A DNA stretch of 64,000 nt from a virus (Duplodnaviria > Heunggongvirae > Uroviricota > Caudoviricetes), in the IMG/VR virus record IMGVR_UViG_3300027710_000009; one strand, written 5' to 3'. Positions 11,801-21,123 of the stretch are shown here, one piece after another. The translations under genes and the position numbers were made by a program. Below the pieces are notes generated by a model. The model was not told the origin of the DNA, did not search any database, and saw nothing but the letters and a program-made list of their open reading frames with translations. Each line of letters starts with the position of its first letter. The first letter of the stretch is position 1.

Positions 11801-11932
11801 AAGAATAACTCCTCGAGTCACGTTGGTTATCAGCAGTAGCTTGTATTGGTCTTGTTTTCCTTCGACCACTACATAACCAACACCGGCTGCTCCGGGGGTG
11901 AAACTATACTTCCTAAGTTGCTTTTTTGCCAT
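8834..11932 (-). CDS. Large virion structural protein (1032 aa), function unknown
   Basis: Long ORF between the fibre genes and in the same orientation. No recognisable catalytic motif. Confidence 0.5.
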   Translation of the reverse strand: MAKKQLRKYSFTPGAAGVGYVVVEGKQDQYKLLLITNVTRGVILYNFADTQNTAVTVTYKPGGIKTTTADSSVVTYDDVPIGSGVVGTAVIQNTPGQGETTIRFDGISTTGHSANDELSIFVEEAYQMVRAWNDFGTDAIERQRVANPQSQIDADFEYGLQATKWQGFELVQQYPSVYEIPGSELNISDITSDNAIPSLITVTTSSGHGMNINDPITVQGIDVNTTGFTRAQGTTILASNTGVTSFTYYAKGQVTPLAGAGTSIISPRIIIRKGGFFSGANLSVSQFTSNNGTPSSVTITFGSSHGFVPGMPLLIGGDPAFNSNQFTNLIGSYYANSIPTPSTVEFTARGLVNIPSTVAPNGSNLLTVYTRNDGFFTHRPGDGGVLMGTASAIHGASTTRQSKKYFRYQSGKGLLYTTGVLFAPNYDITSIVITNPPAQGAGSAILRITTAIPHGCQIGAVVRVTGCVDSATSSGFNAQYTVLSVESDVQLNVLASQLITGSAADIAGVPKLYMYQWNGACIRTGPHDDANGMFFEYDGQNFNVVKRTSTLQLAGTVTFTPDSNALTGIGSLWTNQLKIGDRVVIKGMVHKVNFITSATSISVTPDYRGATTTSGNYMFKVQEVRVKQADFNYDPADGTGPSGYKMDPNHMQMIGIQFTWYGAGFMDFMVRGSDGNFIILHRMKQNNVNVTASMRSANLPVRYEVNNEASNGVVQLKTIGGLDPASSSCAVSDASFLPDTGFIYMNYELIRYASINRNDLPFPILNSLTRCAAANVFIGGSYRTIHGRPVPQSHASGSGIELVSLTASPNMSHWGSSYIMDGGFDLDRGYAFSYTRASTPITSTQSSAFGIRLAPSASNGLVGDLGVRELLNRAQLLLQNIDVTVGNASVTDGVRSAVQANCVIEANSAILVQGILNPSNYSNNETWTVLNKTATGNQPSFTQIAEVPSFSSGTSAAPGEKIFEFIASPGQLNQLDLTGIKELTQSAVGGRGTFPNGSDSLYITLALYPTGTQPPRIMGNVSLTLRWNEAQA

Positions 11933-11947
11933 TTAATCTACTCCAAT

Positions 11948-12871
11948 TTATGATCCCAGCCCAATGGCGAAGCCCACCACGGTAGCTGTTACGTATTCTC
12001 TTGTTGTTACACTTTTAACTGTTGGGATAGTATTTACTGTTAGGCTGCTATAGCTACCAATATTTGCACTAATGTTACCAGCAGTGATATTACCAGCAAG
12101 CGATGCAGTTCCTTGCACCACAAGATTAGCTCCGACACTTACATTGCCGGTAATGACTGCTTGTCTAGCTGTGACCTGTCCCCAGGTTAAAGTTATATTT
12201 GCCGCAGAAATATTACCAGTCACTGCTAGACTTGTGAGAGTTCCTAGCGAAGTAATATTTGGTTGTGCGGCAGTTTGTGATGTCCCAGTTACTTCAGAAA
12301 ATGTTCCAAAGGATGCTGTGACACTTCTTTTGTTTGTGTTTGATGCAAGTGCAGAAATGTTACCAATTGTGACGTTACCAGTCACGTCATAGGTTCCATC
12401 AGTTTCTAATGCACCAGTACTTACCGAACCTATTAGGTCAGTCACACCCTGAACAGTTAGTGTAGCGGCACTTAAACTTAATTCAATTGTGGCTTGTCTA
12501 GCAAACAGTGAACTCAGGTACGATGATCCACCTACACCCAAACCTCCAGAAATTACCACTGCACCTGATGTGTTACTGGTGCTGGGTGTGGATGCTTGAA
12601 ACTGAGTTGGATCACTAACTGTACCACCCGAGAACAATGTGCCTACTGTGGCTATTTGTACCCCATTAAGAAAGTATGTACCAGTCCAATAACTTGGAAC
12701 GCTGGCTCTTAAAGCAATATTGCCTGTGGCAGTGAGATTACCTGTGGTTAAATTTTGTCGTGCATCGTCAAGGAAAACAAAATTGTCGTTTACCTTGGAA
12801 AAAGCATCACGGATACTATCACCAGTTCCGTCGTTTGGTGTAGACCCTACATTAATTTCACTTATTGCCAT
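11948..12871 (-). CDS. Tail-fibre-like protein (307 aa) with conserved fibre N-terminal motif
   Basis: N-terminus PNDGTGDSIRDAFSKVNDNFVFL matches GDGDDLRTAFDKVNQNFANIY at the N-terminus of the 2277-aa protein. Thr/Ser/Gly/Asn-rich fibrous composition. CAATAAATATG lies upstream. Confidence 0.55.
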   Translation of the reverse strand: MAISEINVGSTPNDGTGDSIRDAFSKVNDNFVFLDDARQNLTTGNLTATGNIALRASVPSYWTGTYFLNGVQIATVGTLFSGGTVSDPTQFQASTPSTSNTSGAVVISGGLGVGGSSYLSSLFARQATIELSLSAATLTVQGVTDLIGSVSTGALETDGTYDVTGNVTIGNISALASNTNKRSVTASFGTFSEVTGTSQTAAQPNITSLGTLTSLAVTGNISAANITLTWGQVTARQAVITGNVSVGANLVVQGTASLAGNITAGNISANIGSYSSLTVNTIPTVKSVTTREYVTATVVGFAIGLGS

Positions 12872-12886
12872 TTCTGTGTCCTATCT

Positions 12887-12899
12887 GCATATTTATTGC
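12887..12899 (-). promoter_or_regulatory. Putative late promoter (CAATAAATATG) upstream of the 307-aa fibre gene
   Basis: Same ATAAATA core about 19 nt upstream of the ATG at 12871. Confidence 0.4.
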
Positions 12900-12911
12900 T
12901 CAATCCTGACC

Positions 12912-13328
12912 TCAAGAGTTAATGGCAATGCGAGTTGCGGTCACTGTAACATCTTGCCCAACATTATTGGTAAAACGGAAATTTATTACATCGCCGGCAA
13001 TAACAGCATCAAATGTTGCCAGCAGGCTGGTTGGCTGGTTGGTTAAACGAGCAAACTCTGTGGTGTAAACATAGGTACCGTCGTGTGTCAGCAGAATTTC
13101 ACTGGCATAAACCACAGTGCTATAAGTTGCTTGAACAACATACTTGGCTGTACGGCTTTGTGATATAGCAAAATTGTCCAGCACAGTGGTTGTAGCCGTT
13201 GGCGCCACCACATTTATTGACCGGGTGTTTACATAAGGATCTGGATCCATGTAAGCCAGCCCACCGAGGTCGCCGTTGGTGGGTACTTGATTTGGTAGTG
13301 GTCCAATGATTAAATTTTGATCAGGCAT
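12912..13328 (-). CDS. Hypothetical virion protein (138 aa)
   Basis: ORF located between two fibre genes in the late module. Confidence 0.4.
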   Translation of the reverse strand: MPDQNLIIGPLPNQVPTNGDLGGLAYMDPDPYVNTRSINVVAPTATTTVLDNFAISQSRTAKYVVQATYSTVVYASEILLTHDGTYVYTTEFARLTNQPTSLLATFDAVIAGDVINFRFTNNVGQDVTVTATRIAINS

Positions 13329-13340
13329 GCGTTGATTCCA

Positions 13341-16300
13341 TTATTGTGTTAGTGTAGATAATTGCGATCCAGTGACCAGTGCTGGCCATACCTGTATTTT
13401 TGCAATAGTACCGTTGATAAAGTTAGTTCCTGGGCCACTGCCAATATTCATTGTATTGATAGATGAGCTTACGTTGCCGGCCACAGCAGTTGTTGTGCCA
13501 GTTCCATTGGCCGCAGTGGCCAATGTGCCAGACTGGAAATATGAAGCCAGTCGGTTGTTGTTGACCACAGTGGTCAAGTTGCCTAACGTAATATTGGCAT
13601 TGGATTCCACTGTGCCAGCTTTGACAATAATTAAATTAGCTGTGCGTTCAGCAGTGGCTGATTTAGTTTCTGCCAGGATTGCAATGCGATTGCTTGCAGT
13701 ACCATCATTGAAACTGACAATAGTGCTACGTCTATTGTTGTCTACCAATGTGCTAGGATTGTAGTCTAGCGTGGCATCAACCAACACACTGTTTTCAACT
13801 TGGTTGTAACGGCGTAAAAATTCAATGCTAGAAACTGTTAGGCTTTCTGAACTGCGTGTGTTGGCAATGGTTGTGGTTGGAATATAACTGGTCGCAAATC
13901 CGCCTTCTTCCACTTGGAATCCATAAATGTACACGCCATTGGTGCCATTGCCAGTATAGTAAACTGATCCACCTGTTGCTGATGCAATTGCCACGTTGCC
14001 GCTGGTATTGGTTTTGTTTATGGTACTTTGGATACGGTACCAGCCATTGGCCAATGTTTGCATGCTACTGCGATAGTCAGGTCCTTGGAAATCAATTGTT
14101 CCATTGGTCAAGTCAAATATTGCTGGGTTTGACTCAGCAAAGAAAACCAATGACACTTGATCTCGTTCTCCGCGTTTGACAAACGCACTGGCTGTGTATG
14201 TGGTACCAGCTGATATTGTTGGAACATAAGGCGCCTGTTGATAAACAGCATGAAGACCGGTACTACTATCTTCTACCAATTTGAAAGCATTATAGTTTCC
14301 ATCCGGACTTGAGGTAGCATGTGCTACTGTTGTGATTGATGCCTGCAAAGTGGTGTATACATTGGCATTGCCAAAGCTGTTGCTTTCTCTATACAAGTTT
14401 GTGCGGCTCTCTTCAATAAGAATACCACGTGAACGCAATGTGCTAGGATCATAGGTAAATCTAGGTGTCTGACTAGGAGCAGTGACCAGGAATCCTCTTG
14501 CATCATAATATGTGGCTGTCCCAGTTCTAGAAAAATTCAATATTGTATCTAGTTTGCGACTGTTTGCAAAATCAAAACTGATTGCTGGACGTGATGGTGG
14601 GCGAACGTTTCCTGCGCCAATCGCCAGCGTGGTAAATGCACCTGAGCTGGGTGTTGCATTGCCAATTGGTGTGTTGTTGATAGATGCTGCCAAGAACGCT
14701 GTGAAGTTCACGTTACCAATAATGGTCGCTTCACCAGCAACATACAGGTTACCACCAATTGATGCGCCGCCTCGTACCTGCAAGGCACCACTTAGCTGTT
14801 GGATATTGGCTGCTGTTATCTGTGCAACGTTGCTGTTGATGTAAACAATTTCTTTACCAGCATTGTAACCTACGTTACCAAAACCAACAATGATATTGCC
14901 AGTAGCACTTATACCACCGCGCACTCGTAATGCCCCGGTGCTCAAACTAGTTGCATTTGCTGCCGCTGAAAGATTACCCACAGTAACAACATCAGCCACA
15001 GTAACAACGTTGGCTGTGACGCTGCCGGATGTACTGTTTGTTGCAGTCAACGTGTTGGTAGTAAATGAGTTGATTACGTTTGCATTGTTGAGCACACGCA
15101 GATCGTTGTTGACCGTGACGTTGCCAGAGCCTATATTACCAACTGTAGCAATAAAGAAAGATCCATCAACCAACAGGTTGTTGCGAACTCTAGTGATACC
15201 CAATCCGCTAATAGCACCAACATTGATCAATGTTGCTTCGCCACCAATATCAAGATTAGTAACAGAACTTGGGAATAGTGAAACGTTTGCTACGTTGGAA
15301 TAAATTCCTGTTCCGCCACCGCCACCAATGTCATTTAGATAGATAGAATTACCAATAAATGCACTGTCTAGTACTTCAAGACTTTTGGCTGAACGTAAAT
15401 TACCTTGTGAAGTAATGAGTCCATCAACGCTTACGTTTCCAACTACACCAAGGCCACCAGCAACTTGCAATGCTCCAGTTGCTGCCTCAATTGATTCCGC
15501 TGTTGATCTAACAAACAATGTGTCAACTGACAGTGTGTTTGTGATTGACGCAGAACTTGCCTGGAAGTTGGCGCTGAATGCATTTACATTGGAACCCAAC
15601 ACAATCAACTGATTAGTCACATTCAAACTGCTCAGTGCATTTACATTGTTGACCAGCGCAGTGTTTCCAGACACTGTCAAGTTGGCAATTTGTGCTGTGC
15701 CAGTTACCTGTGTGTTGGCTGATACAGAGTTACCAGTTGTGTTTGTGGACACAGCATTGACATTGCCTACACCAATATTACTAGTTACGCTCAAATTTGG
15801 CAAAGTGCCAATGCTGGTTATAAACGGTTGTGCATTTGTTAGCAGTGTTCCGTCTATGTGTGTAAAGGTGCCTTTGAATGCGCTGATATTGGCTGATGTT
15901 ACATTTCCACCAATGTTTGCTTCAAGCGTAATATTTGCTGTGGTAACATTCAAGTCACGCAACACTGCACCGGCAGCAGTGATGTTTGCAGTGTTGACCA
16001 CATTAATAACTGACAACGATGTCAATGCACCAAGTTCAGTGATATTTGGTTGGAAGTTGTTGACTATGTAACCACGCAGTAGAGTACTAACATTACCAAC
16101 TGCAGGGGCTAGTACAGTGCCAGCAACATCTAGATTCCCTAACAGTCCAACTTCAGTAATAAAAGGTTGCGAATTGGTTTGTAGTGTGCCTTGTACTTGT
16201 GTAAACGTGCCTTTGCTTGCGCTGATGTTACCAGCAGTTACGTTACCAGCAATGTTTGCCTCTGAGCCAATATTGGCGTAAGTTGCATTGATGTCTTTGA

Positions 16301-19300
16301 ATGTTGCACCATTGGCAGTTACATTTGCAAGTGCAGTTGTGCCAGTTACTGCCAATCCAGACAGTGTACCAATAGTAGTGATGTTGGTTTGGCTGGCATC
16401 AAGCACGGCACCGCGTATGTTGGTAAATGTACCAGTTGCGCCACTAACGTTGCCAGTTGTGACATTGCCTGTCACGCCAAGTGAAATTAATGTGCCAACT
16501 GACGTGATATTTGTTTGACTAGCAGTTTGTAGTGTACCATACACATCGGTAAACACACCATTTGTTGCAGTGACATTGGCATTGGCAGATACATTTTCAC
16601 CACGTACTAAAGTTGTAGCAGTGACATTTGCAAAATGACCAGTTGTGGCATTGACATTGCCTGCATCAACATTGCCAGTCACATCCAAGGTAGTCAAAGT
16701 GCCTACACTGGTAATGAAAGGTTGTGCGTTGTTTAGAACAGTACCAGTAAAGCTAACCAAATTGGCAATACCAGTCACTGTTAGATTAGAAGTTGTTAGA
16801 TTTGCTGTAGCGGTAATATTCTCTACAGCAAATGCAGATCCTGCACCACCGCCTTGGATTACCAATCCGCCAACGGTTGCTGTGCCAGTTACATTCAAAT
16901 TGCCAAGATTACCAACAGTGGTGATGTTGGGTTGTGATGCAGTGAGAACAGTTCCAACAATATTGGTAAATGATCCAGTAGTGCCACTTACATTGCCTGT
17001 GCCAACATTGCCTGTTACAGACAATGTGCCTAGTGTACCAACTTGAGTAATGTTTGGTTGTAGTGCTGTACGCAACGAACCTGACAGGCCAGTAAATTCA
17101 CCAACTGTGGCTATTACGTTCCCAGACGCAAACACATGTTCTGGTCGTAATATTTGGATGTTACCGTTGGTTGCGTTTATGTCTTGTATTGTAGCGCCAG
17201 CTACTGTAATGTTGGCTGCTGTCACTGCACCGGTTGTTGTAACAGAAGTCAGTGTACCAACGCTTGTGATATTTGGCTGTGCGGCTGTTTCTAGTGTTCC
17301 GCCAACAATGCTGAACGATCCTTTAGAGCCACTTACATTGCCTGTACTCACATTGCCTGCAATGGCAAATGCGTTTGGTGTGGTCCATACACCATCATAA
17401 ATGGTTAGATTACCGTATGCTCCGCCTTGACCAATAAGTATACCAGAACCACGTGCGGCGGTTGAGTTGACAGCACCATTGGCCAGTGTTAGGTCTTTGT
17501 CGCTGGTGGTTACATTGCCTGCGCTGACCGTGGTGGTGTTGCCGTTTACAAACAAGTTTCCGGTAACATAAAAATCTTGTGCTACAAATTGACTACCAGT
17601 AATACTAACTGGGCCATCAACTGACAATGCTGACAAGGTACCAATAGCGGTAATGAATGGTTGTGCATTGGTTTTAACTGTTCCGTTAAGATCAGTAAAA
17701 TAACCAATGTTGGCAAATACCTCCTCAGTCTTGATGCCCACCGTGGCGTTAACAATATTGCCGTCAATGTTGCCATCTGCATATATTCTGCCCAGGACCC
17801 AAACATTGCCTGAAAGAATATTGCCGGATATTGTGGCAGTAGGACCAGTCAAGTTACCAACCAGTGTAGGGGCTGATATTTGTGTGTTGGCAACAACATT
17901 GGATGCCACAAGATTGCCACTGGTGGTAATTGATGTCAGTGTGCCAACGCTGGTTATATTGGGTTGCTGAGCAGTGAATAGTGTGCCACTAATGTTGCTA
18001 GAAACTAATGTGTTTGCTAGAGTAAAATCACTAACCACAGTGCCAATTACTATGGCACTGTTGACAGAATTGATTATGTTTCCAATAACACCTAGGTTGC
18101 CAACTACTATTAGGCTTGTGAGATTACCAACTGTGGTAATGTTAGGTTGTTCGGCTGTTAATACAGTACCCGAAAGTCCAGCAGCTTGTACCGTACCAGA
18201 AGCAGTTACATTCCCGCTGGTGGTATTGCCAGTAACAGCCAAGTTGACCAATGTACCAACTCGAGTGATGTTGGTTTGTACCGGAGTAATCAAAGTGCCA
18301 GCCACAGTATTAGCTGTCAATCGGTTTGTGGCAATGTTGGCATTAAGGGTGTTGATGTTGCCAGAATCAATATTGCCTGTCACAGCAAGCGAACCAAGAG
18401 TACCAACTGTGGTAATATTTGGTTGTGCAGTTGTGAGCAAGTTTCCAACAATGTTGGTAAATGTACCTGTAGTACCACTTACATTTCCAGTTGTGACATT
18501 ACCTGTCACGGTCAACGATCCAAGCGTACCAACGCCGGTGATACCTGCTTGTACACCATTGGTCAATGTGCCATCAACAACAGATGCAGTTACTCTGCCA
18601 GCAGTGATATTGCCGGAGACCACCAGGTTGCCAAGAGTACCAACTGTGGTAATGTTTGGCTGTGCGGCAGTTTGCACAGTGCCAGACACCACGCTAAAGT
18701 TGCCATGGTAACCTTGGATGTTGCCAACCAAAACGTTGCCTGATAAATTGGGTACTGCGATTGCGGCAATGGCTGCATTGGCCGCGGCAATGTTGGCCTG
18801 CAAAGAACTGATAGCACTGCCTTGTGCTGACGCATTGCTTGTGAGAATATTTAGACTGGTAGTCTGGGCCCCAGCATTGGCTGTGAGCGTGTTAATTTGT
18901 GTTGCTTGTGTTGCGGCATTGGCAGTCCATGCTACAGTAACAGCCGCAATGGCTGCATTGGCCGCATCAATGTTGGCACGTAGTTCAGATATCTGTATGT
19001 TGGCAACTGTTATGTTTGCGGCGGCAATAGCTGAATTGGCCGCGGCAATGTTGGCACGTAGAGAATTGATTGCCAATGCTTGCACACCAGCGTTGCCACT
19101 GGTGCTAGTAGTCAAACTGCTGATTGCTGAATCAGTATAAGCCTTGAGCGCAGAATTTGCTGTTACAATGGCCGCATTGGCTGCTGTGACGTTGGCACGT
19201 ATGCCTGCAATACTATTGTGTTGAGCACCTGCGTTGGCATCTGTTTGTGCTCTCAAAGAAACTATGGCCGCATTGGCTGCTGTGACGTTGGCACGTAGAT

Positions 19301-20174
19301 TGTCAATTTCAACGTTGGCCGCTGACATTTGTGCAGTGGTCACAACACCACTGGTGATTATGGCATTGGCTGCGTTAATGTTTGCTCTAAGAGCATTGAT
19401 CTGGACAGCTTGAGAAACAGCATTGCTCCAGACACTACTGACGTTGGATAGTAGTACGCTGACATTGCTGGTCACTGCTCCAATTGCCAGAGCTTGAGTG
19501 GTAGCATTTGATGTTAAAGTAGTGATGCTACTTTGCACAGATACAATGCTGGAATTTGCCGCTTCAATATTGGCACGTAGGTTGCCAATTTCAACATTGG
19601 CTGCGGCCACACGTGCATTAGCACCCAACACAGCATTGCTGATTGGTGTTAGGTTAACAACAGTGTTCATACTACTGTTGTCAGAGAATCTCAGGGTGTT
19701 GACTGTGAGGGTTTGTCCAACCACAAGGTTTTCGGTGACCGAAGCGGGACCGTCTACAACCAATGCGCCATTCACAGTGGCTGTGTTGGTTACTGTGATG
19801 TTACCAGCAGTGATTTCGGCATTGCTAATGGTAGCATTGGCAATGGTGCCGCCGGTTACAGTTATATTGGGCAATGGGCCCAGACTGCTTATTGCGGCGT
19901 CAGTGTAGGCTCGATCAGCGGCAGAATTTGCTGCCATACTTGAACGCAGTTGGCTTACGTCAACATTGCTTGCTACACCAGTTACGTCAAACCATGCTAG
20001 CTGTACATTACCTTGTTTTCCAGCAACGGAATACACCAACGTGTTGGCTTGAACTGCTACATTTCCGCTGTAGATGTTAGCGAAGTTTTGGTTGACTTTG
20101 TCAAACGCCGTGCGAAGATCATCGCCATCCCCCGCACCAGCGCCACTACCAATATCTATTATCTGCTGAGACAT
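13341..20174 (-). CDS. Giant repetitive fibrous protein (2277 aa), probable long tail fibre or whisker
   Basis: 6.8-kb ORF with a conserved fibre N-terminal motif. There are about 14 copies of a module AQPNIT(S/T)VGTLxxLxVTGNVxxGNVSG, plus an N-proximal array of LRANIxAANAAI coiled-coil repeats. Extreme Ala/Asn/Thr/Val/Gly composition. CATAAATATC lies 20 nt upstream. Confidence 0.6.
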   Translation of the reverse strand: MSQQIIDIGSGAGAGDGDDLRTAFDKVNQNFANIYSGNVAVQANTLVYSVAGKQGNVQLAWFDVTGVASNVDVSQLRSSMAANSAADRAYTDAAISSLGPLPNITVTGGTIANATISNAEITAGNITVTNTATVNGALVVDGPASVTENLVVGQTLTVNTLRFSDNSSMNTVVNLTPISNAVLGANARVAAANVEIGNLRANIEAANSSIVSVQSSITTLTSNATTQALAIGAVTSNVSVLLSNVSSVWSNAVSQAVQINALRANINAANAIITSGVVTTAQMSAANVEIDNLRANVTAANAAIVSLRAQTDANAGAQHNSIAGIRANVTAANAAIVTANSALKAYTDSAISSLTTSTSGNAGVQALAINSLRANIAAANSAIAAANITVANIQISELRANIDAANAAIAAVTVAWTANAATQATQINTLTANAGAQTTSLNILTSNASAQGSAISSLQANIAAANAAIAAIAVPNLSGNVLVGNIQGYHGNFSVVSGTVQTAAQPNITTVGTLGNLVVSGNITAGRVTASVVDGTLTNGVQAGITGVGTLGSLTVTGNVTTGNVSGTTGTFTNIVGNLLTTAQPNITTVGTLGSLAVTGNIDSGNINTLNANIATNRLTANTVAGTLITPVQTNITRVGTLVNLAVTGNTTSGNVTASGTVQAAGLSGTVLTAEQPNITTVGNLTSLIVVGNLGVIGNIINSVNSAIVIGTVVSDFTLANTLVSSNISGTLFTAQQPNITSVGTLTSITTSGNLVASNVVANTQISAPTLVGNLTGPTATISGNILSGNVWVLGRIYADGNIDGNIVNATVGIKTEEVFANIGYFTDLNGTVKTNAQPFITAIGTLSALSVDGPVSITGSQFVAQDFYVTGNLFVNGNTTTVSAGNVTTSDKDLTLANGAVNSTAARGSGILIGQGGAYGNLTIYDGVWTTPNAFAIAGNVSTGNVSGSKGSFSIVGGTLETAAQPNITSVGTLTSVTTTGAVTAANITVAGATIQDINATNGNIQILRPEHVFASGNVIATVGEFTGLSGSLRTALQPNITQVGTLGTLSVTGNVGTGNVSGTTGSFTNIVGTVLTASQPNITTVGNLGNLNVTGTATVGGLVIQGGGAGSAFAVENITATANLTTSNLTVTGIANLVSFTGTVLNNAQPFITSVGTLTTLDVTGNVDAGNVNATTGHFANVTATTLVRGENVSANANVTATNGVFTDVYGTLQTASQTNITSVGTLISLGVTGNVTTGNVSGATGTFTNIRGAVLDASQTNITTIGTLSGLAVTGTTALANVTANGATFKDINATYANIGSEANIAGNVTAGNISASKGTFTQVQGTLQTNSQPFITEVGLLGNLDVAGTVLAPAVGNVSTLLRGYIVNNFQPNITELGALTSLSVINVVNTANITAAGAVLRDLNVTTANITLEANIGGNVTSANISAFKGTFTHIDGTLLTNAQPFITSIGTLPNLSVTSNIGVGNVNAVSTNTTGNSVSANTQVTGTAQIANLTVSGNTALVNNVNALSSLNVTNQLIVLGSNVNAFSANFQASSASITNTLSVDTLFVRSTAESIEAATGALQVAGGLGVVGNVSVDGLITSQGNLRSAKSLEVLDSAFIGNSIYLNDIGGGGGTGIYSNVANVSLFPSSVTNLDIGGEATLINVGAISGLGITRVRNNLLVDGSFFIATVGNIGSGNVTVNNDLRVLNNANVINSFTTNTLTATNSTSGSVTANVVTVADVVTVGNLSAAANATSLSTGALRVRGGISATGNIIVGFGNVGYNAGKEIVYINSNVAQITAANIQQLSGALQVRGGASIGGNLYVAGEATIIGNVNFTAFLAASINNTPIGNATPSSGAFTTLAIGAGNVRPPSRPAISFDFANSRKLDTILNFSRTGTATYYDARGFLVTAPSQTPRFTYDPSTLRSRGILIEESRTNLYRESNSFGNANVYTTLQASITTVAHATSSPDGNYNAFKLVEDSSTGLHAVYQQAPYVPTISAGTTYTASAFVKRGERDQVSLVFFAESNPAIFDLTNGTIDFQGPDYRSSMQTLANGWYRIQSTINKTNTSGNVAIASATGGSVYYTGNGTNGVYIYGFQVEEGGFATSYIPTTTIANTRSSESLTVSSIEFLRRYNQVENSVLVDATLDYNPSTLVDNNRRSTIVSFNDGTASNRIAILAETKSATAERTANLIIVKAGTVESNANITLGNLTTVVNNNRLASYFQSGTLATAANGTGTTTAVAGNVSSSINTMNIGSGPGTNFINGTIAKIQVWPALVTGSQLSTLTQ
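15600..18700 (-). repeat. Protein-level tandem module repeats inside the 2277-aa fibre gene
   Basis: Recurring (A/S)QPNIT-VGTL ... TGNV-TGNVSG-TG-FTNI modules in the translation. All plus-strand ORFs across this region are mirror-frame artefacts. Confidence 0.6.
18760..19640 (-). repeat. Nucleotide-level tandem repeats (~60-90 nt units) encoding LRANIxAANAAI coiled-coil repeats
   Basis: Repeated strings aatggc(t/c)gcattggc(c/t)gc...aatgttggcacgtag are visible at 18770, 18950, 19030, 19160 and 19270. Confidence 0.6.
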
Positions 20175-20189
20175 TATTCACCCTCATAT

Positions 20190-20203
20190 TTGATATTTAT
20201 GAA
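20190..20203 (-). promoter_or_regulatory. Putative late promoter (CATAAATATC) upstream of the 2277-aa fibre gene
   Basis: ATAAATA core 20 nt upstream of the ATG at 20174. The RBS GAGGG follows. Confidence 0.4.
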
Positions 20204-20229
20204 GGTGTTGGGATAAAGGAATTTGGCTT

Positions 20230-20559
20230 TTAGACGCTGAAACTGCTACCGCAACCACATGAAGTTTGCGCATTAGGGTTGATTATCTTGAATTCTGCCC
20301 CCATGAGATCTTCCTTATAATCCACTGTAGCCCCTTGTAAGTACTGACTGCTCATACTATCTACCAACAACGGAACACCGTCGAAATCCATAGTAAAGTC
20401 ATCTTCGTTGGTTTCTTCGTCTAGGGTAAAGCCATACTGCATACCCGAACACCCTCCGCCCTGCACAAATATGCGCAGTTTAATCTTGGGATTGTTTTCC
20501 TCGGCCAGGATGTCCCGAATTTTTTCCACTGCACTAGGATTGAGTTCTAGTATATTCAT
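20230..20559 (-). CDS. iscA: Fe-S cluster insertion/carrier protein IscA/ErpA (HesB family)
   Basis: Motifs [15 protein letters not shown] and the C-terminal CGCGSSF are diagnostic. Start refined to the ATG at 20559 (MNILELNPS), which has a GGAGG RBS 8 nt upstream. The longer track ORF is an N-terminal over-extension. Confidence 0.85.
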   Translation of the reverse strand: MNILELNPSAVEKIRDILAEENNPKIKLRIFVQGGGCSGMQYGFTLDEETNEDDFTMDFDGVPLLVDSMSSQYLQGATVDYKEDLMGAEFKIINPNAQTSCGCGSSFSV

Positions 20560-21119
20560 TTGATGCCTCCATATATTCTTCGATTCACAGTTTCCCAGTT
20601 TATAATACGCCATATATTTTTTAAGTATTTGGCCTTGTCTGCTTGATAATCCAGTGCCCAGGCATGTTCCCACCAATCTATTAGCAGTGCAATGTCTTTT
20701 TTGATCTGATGATTTTTGATTGTTTTGATTTCGCCAGATCTGCTGAGATACACCCAGCCTGACCCTTGTATGCTCATGGCTTGTTTTTCCAGTTGTTTTT
20801 GGAAATCAAGATATGTACCAAATTTACGATTGATCAGTTCTGCACTGGCGCCTTCAGGTTTGTTGCCAGACACAGGTGATTGTAGTTGTGTAAAATATAT
20901 GTTGTGTAGAAACGCACCTGCTTCGTTGAAGTCTGCATCGCCTTCGCCGGCATTGTATCGATCAACATAACCTCGATACAACGTGCCGTAGTGATAGTCC
21001 AGGGTATCTTTGGATTTCACAGGATCAAGATCTGTGCGTTTGTAAGGCAATGTTGCCTGCACAAGATCTTTCTTTTCCTTGCTTTCCACAAGTGAAATTA
21101 GTTGTCGTATGGTACTCAT
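20556..21119 (-). CDS. sod: Fe/Mn-family superoxide dismutase
   Basis: Motifs LPY..DLDP, the [13 protein letters not shown] metal-ligand His, and [12 protein letters not shown] (SOD signature D-x-W-E-H-AYY). The ligand residues H26/H81/D/H are conserved. Start is probably MSTIRQL; an alternative ATG lies at 21164. Confidence 0.75.
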   Translation of the reverse strand: MSTIRQLISLVESKEKKDLVQATLPYKRTDLDPVKSKDTLDYHYGTLYRGYVDRYNAGEGDADFNEAGAFLHNIYFTQLQSPVSGNKPEGASAELINRKFGTYLDFQKQLEKQAMSIQGSGWVYLSRSGEIKTIKNHQIKKDIALLIDWWEHAWALDYQADKAKYLKNIWRIINWETVNRRIYGGIK

Positions 21120-21123
21120 ACGA

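Noticed and set aside
14512-19140. Many plus-strand ORFs of 100-245 aa inside the fibre genes (for example 14890-15303 and 17974-18711)
   Set aside because: They are mirror-frame artefacts of the highly repetitive, low-complexity minus-strand gene. They have a Pro/Val/Thr-rich nonsense composition and no RBS, and they fully overlap a 2277-aa ORF that has coherent repeats.
13341-20174. The tandem repeats as a possible CRISPR array
   Set aside because: The repeats are in-frame coding repeats of a single ORF, with variable unit length and no spacer/repeat alternation.
20230-20676. The 148-aa form of the IscA ORF, and TTG-initiated long forms of several other genes (37466-37996, 56839-57396, 45497-46615)
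   Set aside because: The N-terminal extensions overlap upstream genes, lack an RBS and begin at non-ATG codons. Internal ATGs with a GGAGG- or AAGGA-type RBS match the family consensus N-termini.
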